Part shown: positions 38,833-49,104 of the stretch, one piece after another
Layout: each line of letters begins with the position of its first letter
Position numbering within the stretch: the stretch's first letter is position 1
Source: Bacteroidota bacterium
GTDB lineage: Bacteria > Bacteroidota > Ignavibacteria > UBA10030 > BY39
Assembly (NCBI GenBank): GCA_030017895.1
Contig: JASEGV010000003.1
Coordinates: forward strand, 15,200-79,199
Direction of reading: 5' to 3'
DNA: 64,000 bases
The notes under the pieces: generated by a model
Database searches by the model: none
What the model saw: only the letters and a program-made list of their open reading frames with translations
Told to the model about the DNA's origin: nothing
Position numbers and translations under genes: made by a program

Positions 38833-41800
38833 AAAAGTACTAAAAATTATCGCTTATTTGTTTGGATTGTGTGTTTTTATCTTTATTGTTGCCATTGGTT
38901 TTACTCAATCCAAATTTTTTAAAGACCGTCTGCGAGAATTTATCCTTTCAAATGTTTCTGAAAATATCGATGGCTCACTTTATCTTGGTACTATCAGTGG
39001 AAATTTTATTACAGGTTTTTCAATCGATTCACTTACTATCACGCATGGCGACGAAGTCTTTCTTTCTGTTGGAAAAATTAAACTACATCACGACCCGTAT
39101 TCAATCTTGGGTAAAAAAATTACACTCCGTAGTTTAACAATAGAACACCCTAAAGTGAACATCTTGAAATCGAAAGATGGCAAATGGAACATCTCTGAAA
39201 TATTTAGAGCGAAGGAAAAAGCACCTTCAAAATTTGAATGGACGATTGCTTTTGAGAATGTTAAAGTAATAAATGGAACATTTTTCGTCCACGATTCGCT
39301 ACGCGAAGTTTTTAAACACCATATCGATACTACTACTCAATATTTAGATTATCGCCACCTAACAGTAAATAATTTAAGCACAGAGATTTCCGGAGTATTC
39401 AAGCATAACAATATCAAATTGAAGATTAAAGATTTACATGGTTATCTGCCATCAACATCGTTCAGTTTGTTGTCGCTCAGCGGCGAAATCGTCCTCAATG
39501 AAGAAAACATTGAAGTAAAAACTCTTGTGGCGGCTTCAAAAAATTCCAGTATAAAAATAGAAGCAAGCTTGAAGGATGTGAATATTTTTGACAAACTTTT
39601 GTTGGAAGATTTTGAAAAAAAACCGGTCGCACTAAAAGTAACGGGGAGCATTCTAAATTTGAACGAATTGAAAAGTTTTCTGTCGCCGGTATATTTTCTG
39701 AATGGATCGGTTTATTTGGATTTAGATGCAAGAGGTGAGTTTGGCGATATTTTTGTGAATCATCTTAACCTGCAAACATTTAATTCATACTTAAAAATCG
39801 AAGGTAATCTCTCGAATCTGCACACACCCAAAGATCTGTTTTTGAATATCAAAATTGATGAAGCCCGCATCAAACCATCTGATGTGAATCAGTTGCTGCC
39901 TTATTTTAAAATCCCTCAATTTAAAAACATTAGTAACTCACTTATTTTTGCAACTTATATTGGTAACCCTTTAGATTTTAAAACGCAATTAAATGTTCAA
40001 ACGGATGCGGGTAAAGCTCAAGCTGAGGTCAATCTCAATCTAAAAGATTCGTTGTTGAAATATAGCGGAAATTTTAAAACATACGGTTTAAATTTTGCTA
40101 AACTATTGGATGACGTAACATACAGCAGCGATATTAACTCTTCTGCAACTTTTGAAGGAATCGGTTCGAGTATCGATAACTTAAATGCACAAGTTAATTT
40201 AAAAATTGATTCATCGAAATTTGCAAACGTAAAATTAGATAATTCAAATCTCGCGATCCAGGTTCATGATAAACGAATCGAAATGGTCTCTCTCCTCAAA
40301 TCCGACCGAATGAAATCGTACATCACAGCTAATCTTGATTATACAAACCGTCAATTACCAACTTATAATATCGAAACATCTGTTACATCTTTAAATCTCG
40401 CTGACTTTTTAAACAATAAACATTTCGAAGGCGACCTATCGCTACAAGCCACGATAACGCTGACAGGAACAAATATAAATAATGCGAATGCAACTACTAA
40501 CTTAACAATCTTCCCATCAGTAGTTGGCAAGCATAAATTTCAAACTGAAGAATTTCATCTGACATTAAATCAAAGCGATACCTCAAATAAGATTTTAAAA
40601 ATTGAATCCTCGATGGCCGATATTTTACTAACCGGTCATCTCGATTTCCCAAAAATTCCTTCCATATTCACTGATATCGTTTCAAGCTTTTCTAAAGCTA
40701 TATCCCATCGAACTTCAATATCCGATAGATTGAATGTCGAATATAATTCGAAGTCTTACATCGAACAAAAAGAGGAAAGCCCTTATTGGTTCAATTATGA
40801 GATTCGATCAAAAAATTTAACATCCATCTCTAACCTAATTAACAATATACCTTTTAATTTCGAGGGGACAGTAAAAGGTTTAGTAATCAAAAATGGGGGA
40901 GGCATTACGAACAAAGGAAATATCGAAATTAAAGATTTCTTTATCGGTTCAACTGGCACAGGGATTTTAATGTCGGAAGGTTCAATAAAATATAATATCG
41001 ATTCTCTCACCGAAAGAAACCTTTTTGAGAAGTTAAATCTAAATGTTTCCTCAGAAGTACAAAAAATTGTTTTCAACAAAATCGACTTGGATAATTTAAA
41101 ATTAAACCTTGATTTTTCCGGATCGAAAGGCAAACTGATATATACTTCGGATATAGGCAAAGCAAACAGGTTAAGTTTTATTTCAGAAGTTGCTGTTCAC
41201 CCGAATTCTTTTGAATTTTTGTTTCCGAAATTAAATTTTGCTTGGGGCGATTACTCGTGGGAAGGTAACGAAACGTTTGGTATATCTGTAAATCCCGAAG
41301 AATTAAAATTGGAAAATTTTATCCTTCACCGGAACAATATAGAAAAAATATATATCGACGGTAAGCTGTTTGCCGATGGTATAATCAATTTCAATAGCCG
41401 TATCGAAAAATTTGAGTTAGAAGGATTACACCATTTTATCAAGAGTGATAATTTAAAAAATCCTAAAAACAGAGTATATGGTAAAGTAAATTCCGAGATG
41501 AAGTTTTCAGGTAGTTTAGAAAATCCTGTTCTAAGTATGACAGTTAATGTTGACAGTATCTTCTACAGGAATTCAAACTTTGGAGAACTTAAAAGCTCAT
41601 TCAATTACCTCGATAAATATTTAGATGTAAGCATTAATTTTGCGAGCGAAGGATTGCAAACAAAACCTGATTTTATGATCAACGGAAAACTACCAATTGA
41701 TTTATCATTTCAAGAAGGAGAAAAATTATTTCCCGAAGAACCTTTGAATATGAAAATTGTTTCGTCCGGTTTTCAATTAAGCGTATTAAATCCATTAATA

Positions 41801-43330
41801 CCTGCAATCGACGACTTACAAGGTATGCTGATTTGCGATATGAGTATAACGGGAACGCCGAAGCAGCCAAATTATTCTGGAACAATCCAATTACAGCAGT
41901 CGAGGTTTTTATTGCTCGAAAATTATATTTACTACAATTTATCTGGTTCGTTATTGTCGGATGTTGACAAAATTTATCTTCCCCAATTTCAACTTAGCAA
42001 CGATAAATCGGATTATACGGAAGGGAAGGTAAATATTAACGGATTCTTTGCTTTAAGAGAATATAAGATTAGTGATTTTGATTTGAATGCAACCGGTCAA
42101 CTTTTACTTTTGAAGGAAACTTCACGCAGAAAGATGCAAAATATGTACGGACGACTTGTTGGGATGGTTGGCAACCAAGGACTTCATTTTAAAGGCTCAT
42201 TGGCTAAATCTAATATCTCTGGAAATGTGATAGTTCAGGATGCGAATATTGTTTTCCCTTCATCGCAATCAAGCAGTTATGACGAATCGGGAGGGATAGT
42301 CAGGTATGTAGCCTTTGACGATACTATAAAACCTGATAAACAGGATAATTTGAAACATCAGTTTTTTTCTGCAATGCACGATACGAATGCCAAAAATCTG
42401 GTAGGAGGGATACAAACCGAGAGTAAATTTTTAGCCGGATTAACATATGATATAACCCTCGAAACCAAAGGAACAACAAGTATTCGTATGATTTTTAATC
42501 CTGCTACAAGCGAAGAATTGTATGCAGAGTTAGATGGCAAAATTAATTTACAACGGGTTGGCAATAGAAATTATTCGACCGGTGAAATATCGATATCCGA
42601 CAGGTCGTACTACAATTTCTTCAAGAGGTTTGAAGCTGCCGGTAAATTAAAATTTTTAGGCGACCCAAATAATCCTGAGTTGGATATTAAAGCCACTTAT
42701 TCAGGTTTAAGAAAACCACCAACTCTTACACCCGACTCAGTGGTAGCCGAACAAAAAGTAACTATTACACTTATAATTTCAGGCACCCGACTTGAACCGC
42801 ATCTGAGCATGAATATTACAATTGACGATGAAGAATATTCAAAAGACATTCAAGGAGGCGATTTGCAGAGCGATGCGATATCGTTTCTCTTTACTAATAA
42901 ATTTCGTGATGACTTAAATGCTCGAGAAAAATCCGATATTGTTTCAAGTTTAAGTTCAAGTGCCGGAACCTCTATCGTTGCAGGCGCAACTTCGACATTA
43001 TTATCCGGAATCCTTACCGATTTTTTAAGACGTGAGTTTGAATTTATTAGATCGGCGGAAATAACTTATCATGGCGGGAGCATTCAACAATCTGCCGACC
43101 TCCGGTTGAGCGGACAAATATTCAATGCGTATTGGAGATTCGGTGGAAGAATTTTCGATGATATTAATAATGCTAATATCAGTTTTACACTTAACTTTGG
43201 TGATATTTTGGAATCCGATAAAATGAAAAATTTATTCCTACAATTAGAGCGTAAAGTTGATGCAGGCGAATATACAATCGATAAAAAATTAACTAACAGC
43301 GCCCGAATATACTATAGATGGTCGTTCTAA
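38825..43330 (+). CDS. TamB/AsmA-like giant inner-membrane-anchored translocation and assembly module protein
   Basis: N-terminal TM anchor (IAYLFGLCVFIFIVAIGF). 1501 aa, predominantly beta-rich and repetitive. DUF490-like C-terminus (...ARIYYRWSF). Confidence 0.6.
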   Translation: MIKKVLKIIAYLFGLCVFIFIVAIGFTQSKFFKDRLREFILSNVSENIDGSLYLGTISGNFITGFSIDSLTITHGDEVFLSVGKIKLHHDPYSILGKKITLRSLTIEHPKVNILKSKDGKWNISEIFRAKEKAPSKFEWTIAFENVKVINGTFFVHDSLREVFKHHIDTTTQYLDYRHLTVNNLSTEISGVFKHNNIKLKIKDLHGYLPSTSFSLLSLSGEIVLNEENIEVKTLVAASKNSSIKIEASLKDVNIFDKLLLEDFEKKPVALKVTGSILNLNELKSFLSPVYFLNGSVYLDLDARGEFGDIFVNHLNLQTFNSYLKIEGNLSNLHTPKDLFLNIKIDEARIKPSDVNQLLPYFKIPQFKNISNSLIFATYIGNPLDFKTQLNVQTDAGKAQAEVNLNLKDSLLKYSGNFKTYGLNFAKLLDDVTYSSDINSSATFEGIGSSIDNLNAQVNLKIDSSKFANVKLDNSNLAIQVHDKRIEMVSLLKSDRMKSYITANLDYTNRQLPTYNIETSVTSLNLADFLNNKHFEGDLSLQATITLTGTNINNANATTNLTIFPSVVGKHKFQTEEFHLTLNQSDTSNKILKIESSMADILLTGHLDFPKIPSIFTDIVSSFSKAISHRTSISDRLNVEYNSKSYIEQKEESPYWFNYEIRSKNLTSISNLINNIPFNFEGTVKGLVIKNGGGITNKGNIEIKDFFIGSTGTGILMSEGSIKYNIDSLTERNLFEKLNLNVSSEVQKIVFNKIDLDNLKLNLDFSGSKGKLIYTSDIGKANRLSFISEVAVHPNSFEFLFPKLNFAWGDYSWEGNETFGISVNPEELKLENFILHRNNIEKIYIDGKLFADGIINFNSRIEKFELEGLHHFIKSDNLKNPKNRVYGKVNSEMKFSGSLENPVLSMTVNVDSIFYRNSNFGELKSSFNYLDKYLDVSINFASEGLQTKPDFMINGKLPIDLSFQEGEKLFPEEPLNMKIVSSGFQLSVLNPLIPAIDDLQGMLICDMSITGTPKQPNYSGTIQLQQSRFLLLENYIYYNLSGSLLSDVDKIYLPQFQLSNDKSDYTEGKVNINGFFALREYKISDFDLNATGQLLLLKETSRRKMQNMYGRLVGMVGNQGLHFKGSLAKSNISGNVIVQDANIVFPSSQSSSYDESGGIVRYVAFDDTIKPDKQDNLKHQFFSAMHDTNAKNLVGGIQTESKFLAGLTYDITLETKGTTSIRMIFNPATSEELYAELDGKINLQRVGNRNYSTGEISISDRSYYNFFKRFEAAGKLKFLGDPNNPELDIKATYSGLRKPPTLTPDSVVAEQKVTITLIISGTRLEPHLSMNITIDDEEYSKDIQGGDLQSDAISFLFTNKFRDDLNAREKSDIVSSLSSSAGTSIVAGATSTLLSGILTDFLRREFEFIRSAEITYHGGSIQQSADLRLSGQIFNAYWRFGGRIFDDINNANISFTLNFGDILESDKMKNLFLQLERKVDAGEYTIDKKLTNSARIYYRWSF

Positions 43331-43342
43331 CCAAAAAAATAT

Positions 43343-45457
43343 ATGACACTAGAAGAAAAAATATTAAAACTGATTTATAAGTATCCAAACGAAACTTTTA
43401 AAGCTCATCAATTAGCAAGGCGACTGTCGCTGAAAGATGAACTCGATATTCTAACACTACAAAATACTCTGAAAGAGTTGGTTCTGACAAACAAACTGAG
43501 TCCGGCTTCCCGAAAAAAATATGGCGTCTATAAACCGCCAAAATCAACTCACAGAATAGGTGTGTTCACACGTTTAAAAAACGGTTCTGGTTTAGTAAAA
43601 TTAAATCCCCCTGACGAAGGAAATGTATTAATTTCTGCAAATTACATTTCAACCGCACTTGATGATGATATTGTTTCGGTGGCAGTATTTCCTGTGTCGT
43701 TAAAAGAAACTGTAAACGATGCTGAAACTTTACCCTACGAAGGTGAAGTTGTAGATATAATTAAAAGGAGCAAAAAACCATTAATTGGTGTGGTGGATAA
43801 AAATAAAAACATTTTCTTCGTAATACCAGACGATTCACGCATCAGGCGAGATGTCTTCATACCTAAAGGAAAAACTTTAGATGCTCGTCCCGGCAATAAA
43901 GTAACTTTCGTAATTGAAGAGTGGAGATACATTAATCAAAATCCTGAAGGCAGGGTAATTGAAATAATTGGGAAAGCCGGTGAAATAAAAACTGAAATTA
44001 TTTCTGTTATTCATCAGTTTAAATTGCCATTGACATTTCCGAATAGTGTAATCAATGAAGCTGAAAATGTTTCAGAGGAAATTCCTCATCGTGTAATTAA
44101 AGAACGGCTTGATTTTAGAGACGAAGTATGTTTTACGATCGATCCAGAAGATGCAAAAGATTTCGATGATGCTCTATCATTGAAAGAAATAAATTCATCG
44201 ACTTACGAATTAGGAGTGCACATTGCTGATGTGAGTCATTATGTAAAAGAAGGGTCAAAAATTGATCACGAAGCATTCTCGAGGGGAACGAGTGTGTATT
44301 TGGCGAATGACGTTATTCCGATGCTTCCCGAAGTTTTATCGAATGGGATTTGCAGCCTCATACCCAAACGCGACAGATTAGCTTTTTCAGTCTTTATAAC
44401 CATCACAAAGCAAGGTAAAATTATTGATTATAAATTGGCTAAAACAGTAATCAACAATAAAAGACGCTATAGTTATGAAGAAGTTCAGGAAATTTTGGAA
44501 AGTGGAAAAGGAGACTACTCCGATACTTTGTTAATAATGCGTAAACTGAGCCAGACTCTTCTTAAAAATCGCTTAAAAGAGGGAAGCATTGACTTTGAGA
44601 GTACTGAAGTTAAGTTTAAATTCGATAAACACGGTAACCCGATAAAGATAATCAGGAAGGAGAGATTAGATGCCCATCGGTTGGTTGAAGATTTTATGCT
44701 TTTAGCCAACAAAGTTGTAGCCGAACATATCAAAACACCATTCATCTATCGCATTCACGATAGACCCGATCCTGATAAAATTAAAGAACTTGCCGATTTC
44801 GTTTCACAATTCGGCTACACGTTGGATAAGGGAGATGGTATGACTTCAAAAAAACTGCAAAAACTTCTCGCCAGTTGCCGGGGCAAAGAAGAAGAAGCAG
44901 TTATAAATGAAATTGCTATCCGATCGATGGCTAAAGCTATTTACTCTGTAAAAAATATTGGACACTTTGGATTAGGATTTAAACACTATACACACTTTAC
45001 ATCACCAATACGCCGATACCCTGACTTAGTGGTTCATAGATTATTAACAGAATATTTGACCGAGCCTGCCTCTAAAAAAGTTAAAGAAACGCACGCTGCG
45101 ATAGATGAAATATGTGTGCAATCGAGCGCCCGCGAGCGTTTAGCAATTGAAGCCGAACGTGCTTCGATAAAAGTTATGCAAGTAGAATTTATGAAACGGC
45201 ACGTAGGCGACGATTTCAGAGCAATCATTTCCGGGATCACGAAGTTCGGACTATTTATAGAAATTATGGATTTGTTAGTGGAAGGGTTAGTTCATATTAG
45301 AGATCTTGAAGACGACTATTATGTTTTTGATGAAAAAAATTATACTTATATTGGCAGGCGAACAAAGAAGCGTTATAGATTAGGCGATAAAGTTAATGTC
45401 CAAGTTGTGCGTGTTAGTTCAATCGACCGTCAAATCGATTTTCGTATAATTGATTAA
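43343..45457 (+). CDS. rnr: Ribonuclease R (RNB-family 3'-5' exoribonuclease)
   Basis: RNB catalytic motifs (CFTIDPEDAKDFDDALS; SVYL...; HFGLGFKHYTHFTSPIRRYPDLVVHR). Cold-shock-like N-terminal domains. C-terminal S1 (IGRRTKKRYRLGDKVNVQV). Confidence 0.9.
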   Translation: MTLEEKILKLIYKYPNETFKAHQLARRLSLKDELDILTLQNTLKELVLTNKLSPASRKKYGVYKPPKSTHRIGVFTRLKNGSGLVKLNPPDEGNVLISANYISTALDDDIVSVAVFPVSLKETVNDAETLPYEGEVVDIIKRSKKPLIGVVDKNKNIFFVIPDDSRIRRDVFIPKGKTLDARPGNKVTFVIEEWRYINQNPEGRVIEIIGKAGEIKTEIISVIHQFKLPLTFPNSVINEAENVSEEIPHRVIKERLDFRDEVCFTIDPEDAKDFDDALSLKEINSSTYELGVHIADVSHYVKEGSKIDHEAFSRGTSVYLANDVIPMLPEVLSNGICSLIPKRDRLAFSVFITITKQGKIIDYKLAKTVINNKRRYSYEEVQEILESGKGDYSDTLLIMRKLSQTLLKNRLKEGSIDFESTEVKFKFDKHGNPIKIIRKERLDAHRLVEDFMLLANKVVAEHIKTPFIYRIHDRPDPDKIKELADFVSQFGYTLDKGDGMTSKKLQKLLASCRGKEEEAVINEIAIRSMAKAIYSVKNIGHFGLGFKHYTHFTSPIRRYPDLVVHRLLTEYLTEPASKKVKETHAAIDEICVQSSARERLAIEAERASIKVMQVEFMKRHVGDDFRAIISGITKFGLFIEIMDLLVEGLVHIRDLEDDYYVFDEKNYTYIGRRTKKRYRLGDKVNVQVVRVSSIDRQIDFRIID

Positions 45458-45465
45458 CCAGAAAA

Positions 45466-45738
45466 ATGCAAGTCGAAGCAATCATCATAGTCAAAGGAAT
45501 GGTTCAGGGTGTTGGGTTCCGATATTTTGTAATGAACCTTGCAAACCGTTTAGGCTTAACCGGATTCGTCAAAAATCTTCATAATGGTGATGTTGAAATT
45601 GTTGTTCAAGGCGACCGTTCATTAGTCAATGATTTAATTAAAGCGGTTCAAATAGGACCGAGATTCGCCGATGTTAGAGATGTAAAAGTTCAATTGAAAC
45701 AAATAGAAAATATTTATCAAAAGTTTGATATTTTATGA
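45466..45738 (+). CDS. acyP: Acylphosphatase
   Basis: VKGMVQGVGFRYFV ... GFVKNLHNGDVEIVVQG signature. Confidence 0.85.
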   Translation: MQVEAIIIVKGMVQGVGFRYFVMNLANRLGLTGFVKNLHNGDVEIVVQGDRSLVNDLIKAVQIGPRFADVRDVKVQLKQIENIYQKFDIL

Positions 45739-46217
45739 AAATGCGTATTGGTTTTGGTTACGATGTTCACCCTTTTGCCGAAAATAGAAAATTAATCTTA
45801 GGCGGCATTGATATTCCATTTACAAAAGGATTATTAGGGCATTCAGATGCTGATGCTTTGTGCCATGCAATTGGCGATGCTTTGCTTGGAGCAGCTGCTC
45901 TTGGCGATATCGGGAAACATTTTCCTGATATCGACCCCCAGTATAAAGGTATATCGAGTTTGAAACTTTTAAAAAAAATCCGTGCCTTATTACAAACAAA
46001 TGGTTTTGAAATAGTAAATATTGATTCAACAATTGTGTTGGAGGCTCCTAAAGTGGCTCCATATATTGAACAAATTTGTGGAAATTTATCTTCCGCGCTC
46101 AATTTAGCAAGTTCAGATATTTCTGTAAAAGCAACCACTACAGAAAAATTAGGATTCGTGGGCAAAGGTGAAGGCATAGCGGTATATGCAGTCGCACTAA
46201 TTAGCAAAACACTCTAA
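45735..46217 (+). CDS. ispF: 2-C-methyl-D-erythritol 2,4-cyclodiphosphate synthase
   Basis: MRIGFGYDVHPF...GHSDADALCHAIGDALLGAAALGDIGKHFPD. Confidence 0.92.
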   Translation: MKMRIGFGYDVHPFAENRKLILGGIDIPFTKGLLGHSDADALCHAIGDALLGAAALGDIGKHFPDIDPQYKGISSLKLLKKIRALLQTNGFEIVNIDSTIVLEAPKVAPYIEQICGNLSSALNLASSDISVKATTTEKLGFVGKGEGIAVYAVALISKTL

Positions 46218-46255
46218 ATTTAAAATCAAATAATTATCACAACCAACTACCACTG

Positions 46256-46876
46256 ATGGACTTACAAGCAATCATACAATTTTTATCTGAAGTCGAACCG
46301 GTCCTAATTTATTTGGGAATATTTTTCATCGCATATATCGAAAATATTTTTCCTCCTTCTCCGAGTGATGTCGTAATTGTATTCGGTGGTTCAATGGTGG
46401 CAATCGGAAAATCGAATTTTTTTGCTACCTTATTCTTTGCGTCATTGGGCAGTATGTTAGGTTTTATCACAATGTATTTAATCGGAAAGTGGTTTGGGCG
46501 ACATATAATCGAAACAAGAAAATTCAAGTTTATCCCTGTCGATAATATTCATAAAATGGAAAAGTGGTTTAGCAAATATGGATATGCTATAATTATTGCA
46601 AATCGGTTTTTAGCCGGCACACGGGCAATCGTTTCCTTCTTTGCAGGAATTTCTGAAATGAACCTCAAAATTACTGTTATTTTATCTCTCGTCAGTGCGA
46701 TGGTATGGAATGTTATCCTCCTCTATTCGGGTTATGTAATGGGAAGAAATTGGCGTAAGATAGGCGAGCACTTGGAAACATACTGGATGATTGTTACCTC
46801 GGTAATGATACTCGTTGCTTCTTTGTGGATAATATACTATCTCGTATATCAGAGAAAGAAAACAAAAAATGCTTGA
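46256..46876 (+). CDS. DedA/SNARE-associated family membrane protein
   Basis: DedA-type TM topology with the GYAIIIANRFLAGTRAIVSFFAGISEM motif region. Confidence 0.75.
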   Translation: MDLQAIIQFLSEVEPVLIYLGIFFIAYIENIFPPSPSDVVIVFGGSMVAIGKSNFFATLFFASLGSMLGFITMYLIGKWFGRHIIETRKFKFIPVDNIHKMEKWFSKYGYAIIIANRFLAGTRAIVSFFAGISEMNLKITVILSLVSAMVWNVILLYSGYVMGRNWRKIGEHLETYWMIVTSVMILVASLWIIYYLVYQRKKTKNA

Positions 46877-47474
46877 GTATTTTATTGAGGTTGATAAGTT
46901 ATTGTTTATATTTATCAATACTAATTTAGCAAATAGCTACTTCGATTTTTTGATGCCCGTTCTTACCGACTGGGATAAAACATTGGCAGGAAGGGTCTTC
47001 ATTTTTTTATCAGTATTTTTTTTAGCAATCAAAGGAGGGACAAAAGGGAGAATTGTTATTACACTTCTTGTTATTACGATAGCTGTAAGCGATCAGTTCA
47101 ACAGCTCGATACTTAAATCGCTGATAGGACGACCAAGACCCTGCCATATAATGGATGGAACGATGGTAGTAGATCAAATTCGTTTGTTGGTAAATTGCGG
47201 TTCGGGATATTCCTTCCCCTCGTCTCACGCTACAAATTATTTTGCCACCGCAACTCTTATCTCTTTTTTCTACTCAAAAACAAAGTGGCTTTTTTTTGTT
47301 TTCGCATCTTCGATTGCATTTTCAAGAGTTTATATAGGTGTTCATTTCCCTTCTGATGTTGTAGCAGGAGCATTCGTAGGTACCTCTATAGCCTTTCTAA
47401 TTTTTCACTCTTGGCTACTTCTGAACAAGAAATTTTTCAGGTTCGATTATGAAACTTCTAAAATTAAAACTTAA
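46869..47474 (+). CDS. PAP2-family phosphatase (undecaprenyl-diphosphatase-like)
   Basis: PAP2 motifs KxxxxxxRP (KSLIGRPRP), PSSH (FPSSHATNYF), SRxxxxxHxxxD (SRVYIGVHFPSDVVAG). Confidence 0.78.
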   Translation: MLEYFIEVDKLLFIFINTNLANSYFDFLMPVLTDWDKTLAGRVFIFLSVFFLAIKGGTKGRIVITLLVITIAVSDQFNSSILKSLIGRPRPCHIMDGTMVVDQIRLLVNCGSGYSFPSSHATNYFATATLISFFYSKTKWLFFVFASSIAFSRVYIGVHFPSDVVAGAFVGTSIAFLIFHSWLLLNKKFFRFDYETSKIKT

Positions 47475-49104
47475 TTATCAAAACATAATATTAGCTGCTA
47501 TTTCAGGTATAATTTTTGGTTTTTCTTTTCCACCTTTCGAGTTTGGAATTCTATCGGCATTCGCTTTTATACCTCTTTTTTTTCTTCTCTCCAACGTCGA
47601 AGAGTATGGCAGAAGTATTCGGTATTCTTATTTATCATTTTTTATTTTTAACTTAATTGCAATTTCTTGGGTAGGTGGTTTCTTCCAAGCTAAAGATCCA
47701 TACCTGATGATAGCTGGGGGAGCGCTGTTAGTTGTGCATCCTTTGTTTCTTTCTATTCCAATTGTAGCATTTACTTTTATCCGTCGTAATCTAAGTTTCA
47801 AAGTTGCAATTTTCACTTTTCCATTCATCTGGGTTTCGTTCGAATATCTGCATTCAATTTCCGAGTTTGCTTTTCCTTGGTTAACATTAGGTAATGCTCT
47901 TACTTATGATCTGAATTTAATTCAATTCGTATCGTTAACCGGTGTTTACGGATTATCCTTCTGGTTATTGTGGATGAATGTTATTGTTTTTGTAGTGGTT
48001 GTAAAATTGATGTTGAAAGAATGGGAACCAAAAGCTATCAGGACGATTGCTTGCTTGGGTTTAATTGCATTGTTATATCTAATTCCAAAAATTTCAGGCA
48101 GCGTAATTATTAGGAACTCAAATGAAAATACACAACATACTAATTTAAAAATCGCAGTTATACAACCAAACATTGACCCTTGGGAAAAATGGAATTTTGT
48201 AACACAGGAGGAGCAATTAGATTTATATTTACGAATGAGTGATAGCGTTTCGGAAAATACCGATTTGATAATTTGGGCAGAAACTGCTATTCCATATTAC
48301 TTATTGATGCCCCAGTATCAGACTCATTTCGAGAAAGTAAAGGATAGAATCGATACTTTGAACATATCGCTATTTACTGGATTTCCGGATATTCATATTT
48401 ACAAAGAGGATGAGCAACCGCCACGATCTGCTAAAAAAATGATGTACTCTGAAGAAAGATACGATTCATACAACAGCTCGCTTTTATTAATACCAAAATC
48501 TGATCGACTTCAAAAATATTCAAAGATTCGGCTTGTGCCATTCTCAGAACGTGTTCCTTATGCCGATTTTTTGAATTTCTTAGATTTTCTTGAATGGGGA
48601 GTTGGCATTGGCGGTTGGGGAATCGGTAAAGACACGACTGTTTTTGAGCTTCCGTTGGAAAACCGTAGCAAAGTTAAATTTTCCAATTTGATTTGCTACG
48701 AATCAATTTATCCTACATTTGTTGCTGGTTTTGTACGGAAAGGTGCACAATTCCTGACGATAATTACAAATGATAGTTGGTGGGGCGATACCTTCGGAGC
48801 ATATCAACATAAACGTTACGCTGTTCTTCGGGCTATCGAAAACAGACGTTGGATTGCCCGCTGTGCAAACGGTGGTATTTCCTGCTTCATCGATCCATAC
48901 GGCAGAGTTTATGATGAAACGAAGATGTACAAATCAGCAATCATCGAACACGAAATTCAAGCGCGTGAAGAACTCACAGTTTATACTAAATATGGTGATA
49001 TGTTAGCCGAAGTTTGTTTGCTCTTCGGTGGATTTATTTTGATGGCTGGTTTCGGTCAAAAATTTTATACGTTCATTAGAAGAAAAAATTATGAAAACTA
49101 TTGA
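47449..49104 (+). CDS. lnt: Apolipoprotein N-acyltransferase
   Basis: N-terminal multi-TM region plus a CN-hydrolase domain with the catalytic Cys context (KFSNLICYESIYP). Confidence 0.85.
   Translation: MKLLKLKLNYQNIILAAISGIIFGFSFPPFEFGILSAFAFIPLFFLLSNVEEYGRSIRYSYLSFFIFNLIAISWVGGFFQAKDPYLMIAGGALLVVHPLFLSIPIVAFTFIRRNLSFKVAIFTFPFIWVSFEYLHSISEFAFPWLTLGNALTYDLNLIQFVSLTGVYGLSFWLLWMNVIVFVVVVKLMLKEWEPKAIRTIACLGLIALLYLIPKISGSVIIRNSNENTQHTNLKIAVIQPNIDPWEKWNFVTQEEQLDLYLRMSDSVSENTDLIIWAETAIPYYLLMPQYQTHFEKVKDRIDTLNISLFTGFPDIHIYKEDEQPPRSAKKMMYSEERYDSYNSSLLLIPKSDRLQKYSKIRLVPFSERVPYADFLNFLDFLEWGVGIGGWGIGKDTTVFELPLENRSKVKFSNLICYESIYPTFVAGFVRKGAQFLTIITNDSWWGDTFGAYQHKRYAVLRAIENRRWIARCANGGISCFIDPYGRVYDETKMYKSAIIEHEIQAREELTVYTKYGDMLAEVCLLFGGFILMAGFGQKFYTFIRRKNYENY

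Noticed and set aside
45767-46207. 146-aa minus-strand ORF
   Set aside because: Antisense to ispF, which has textbook motifs. Spurious.
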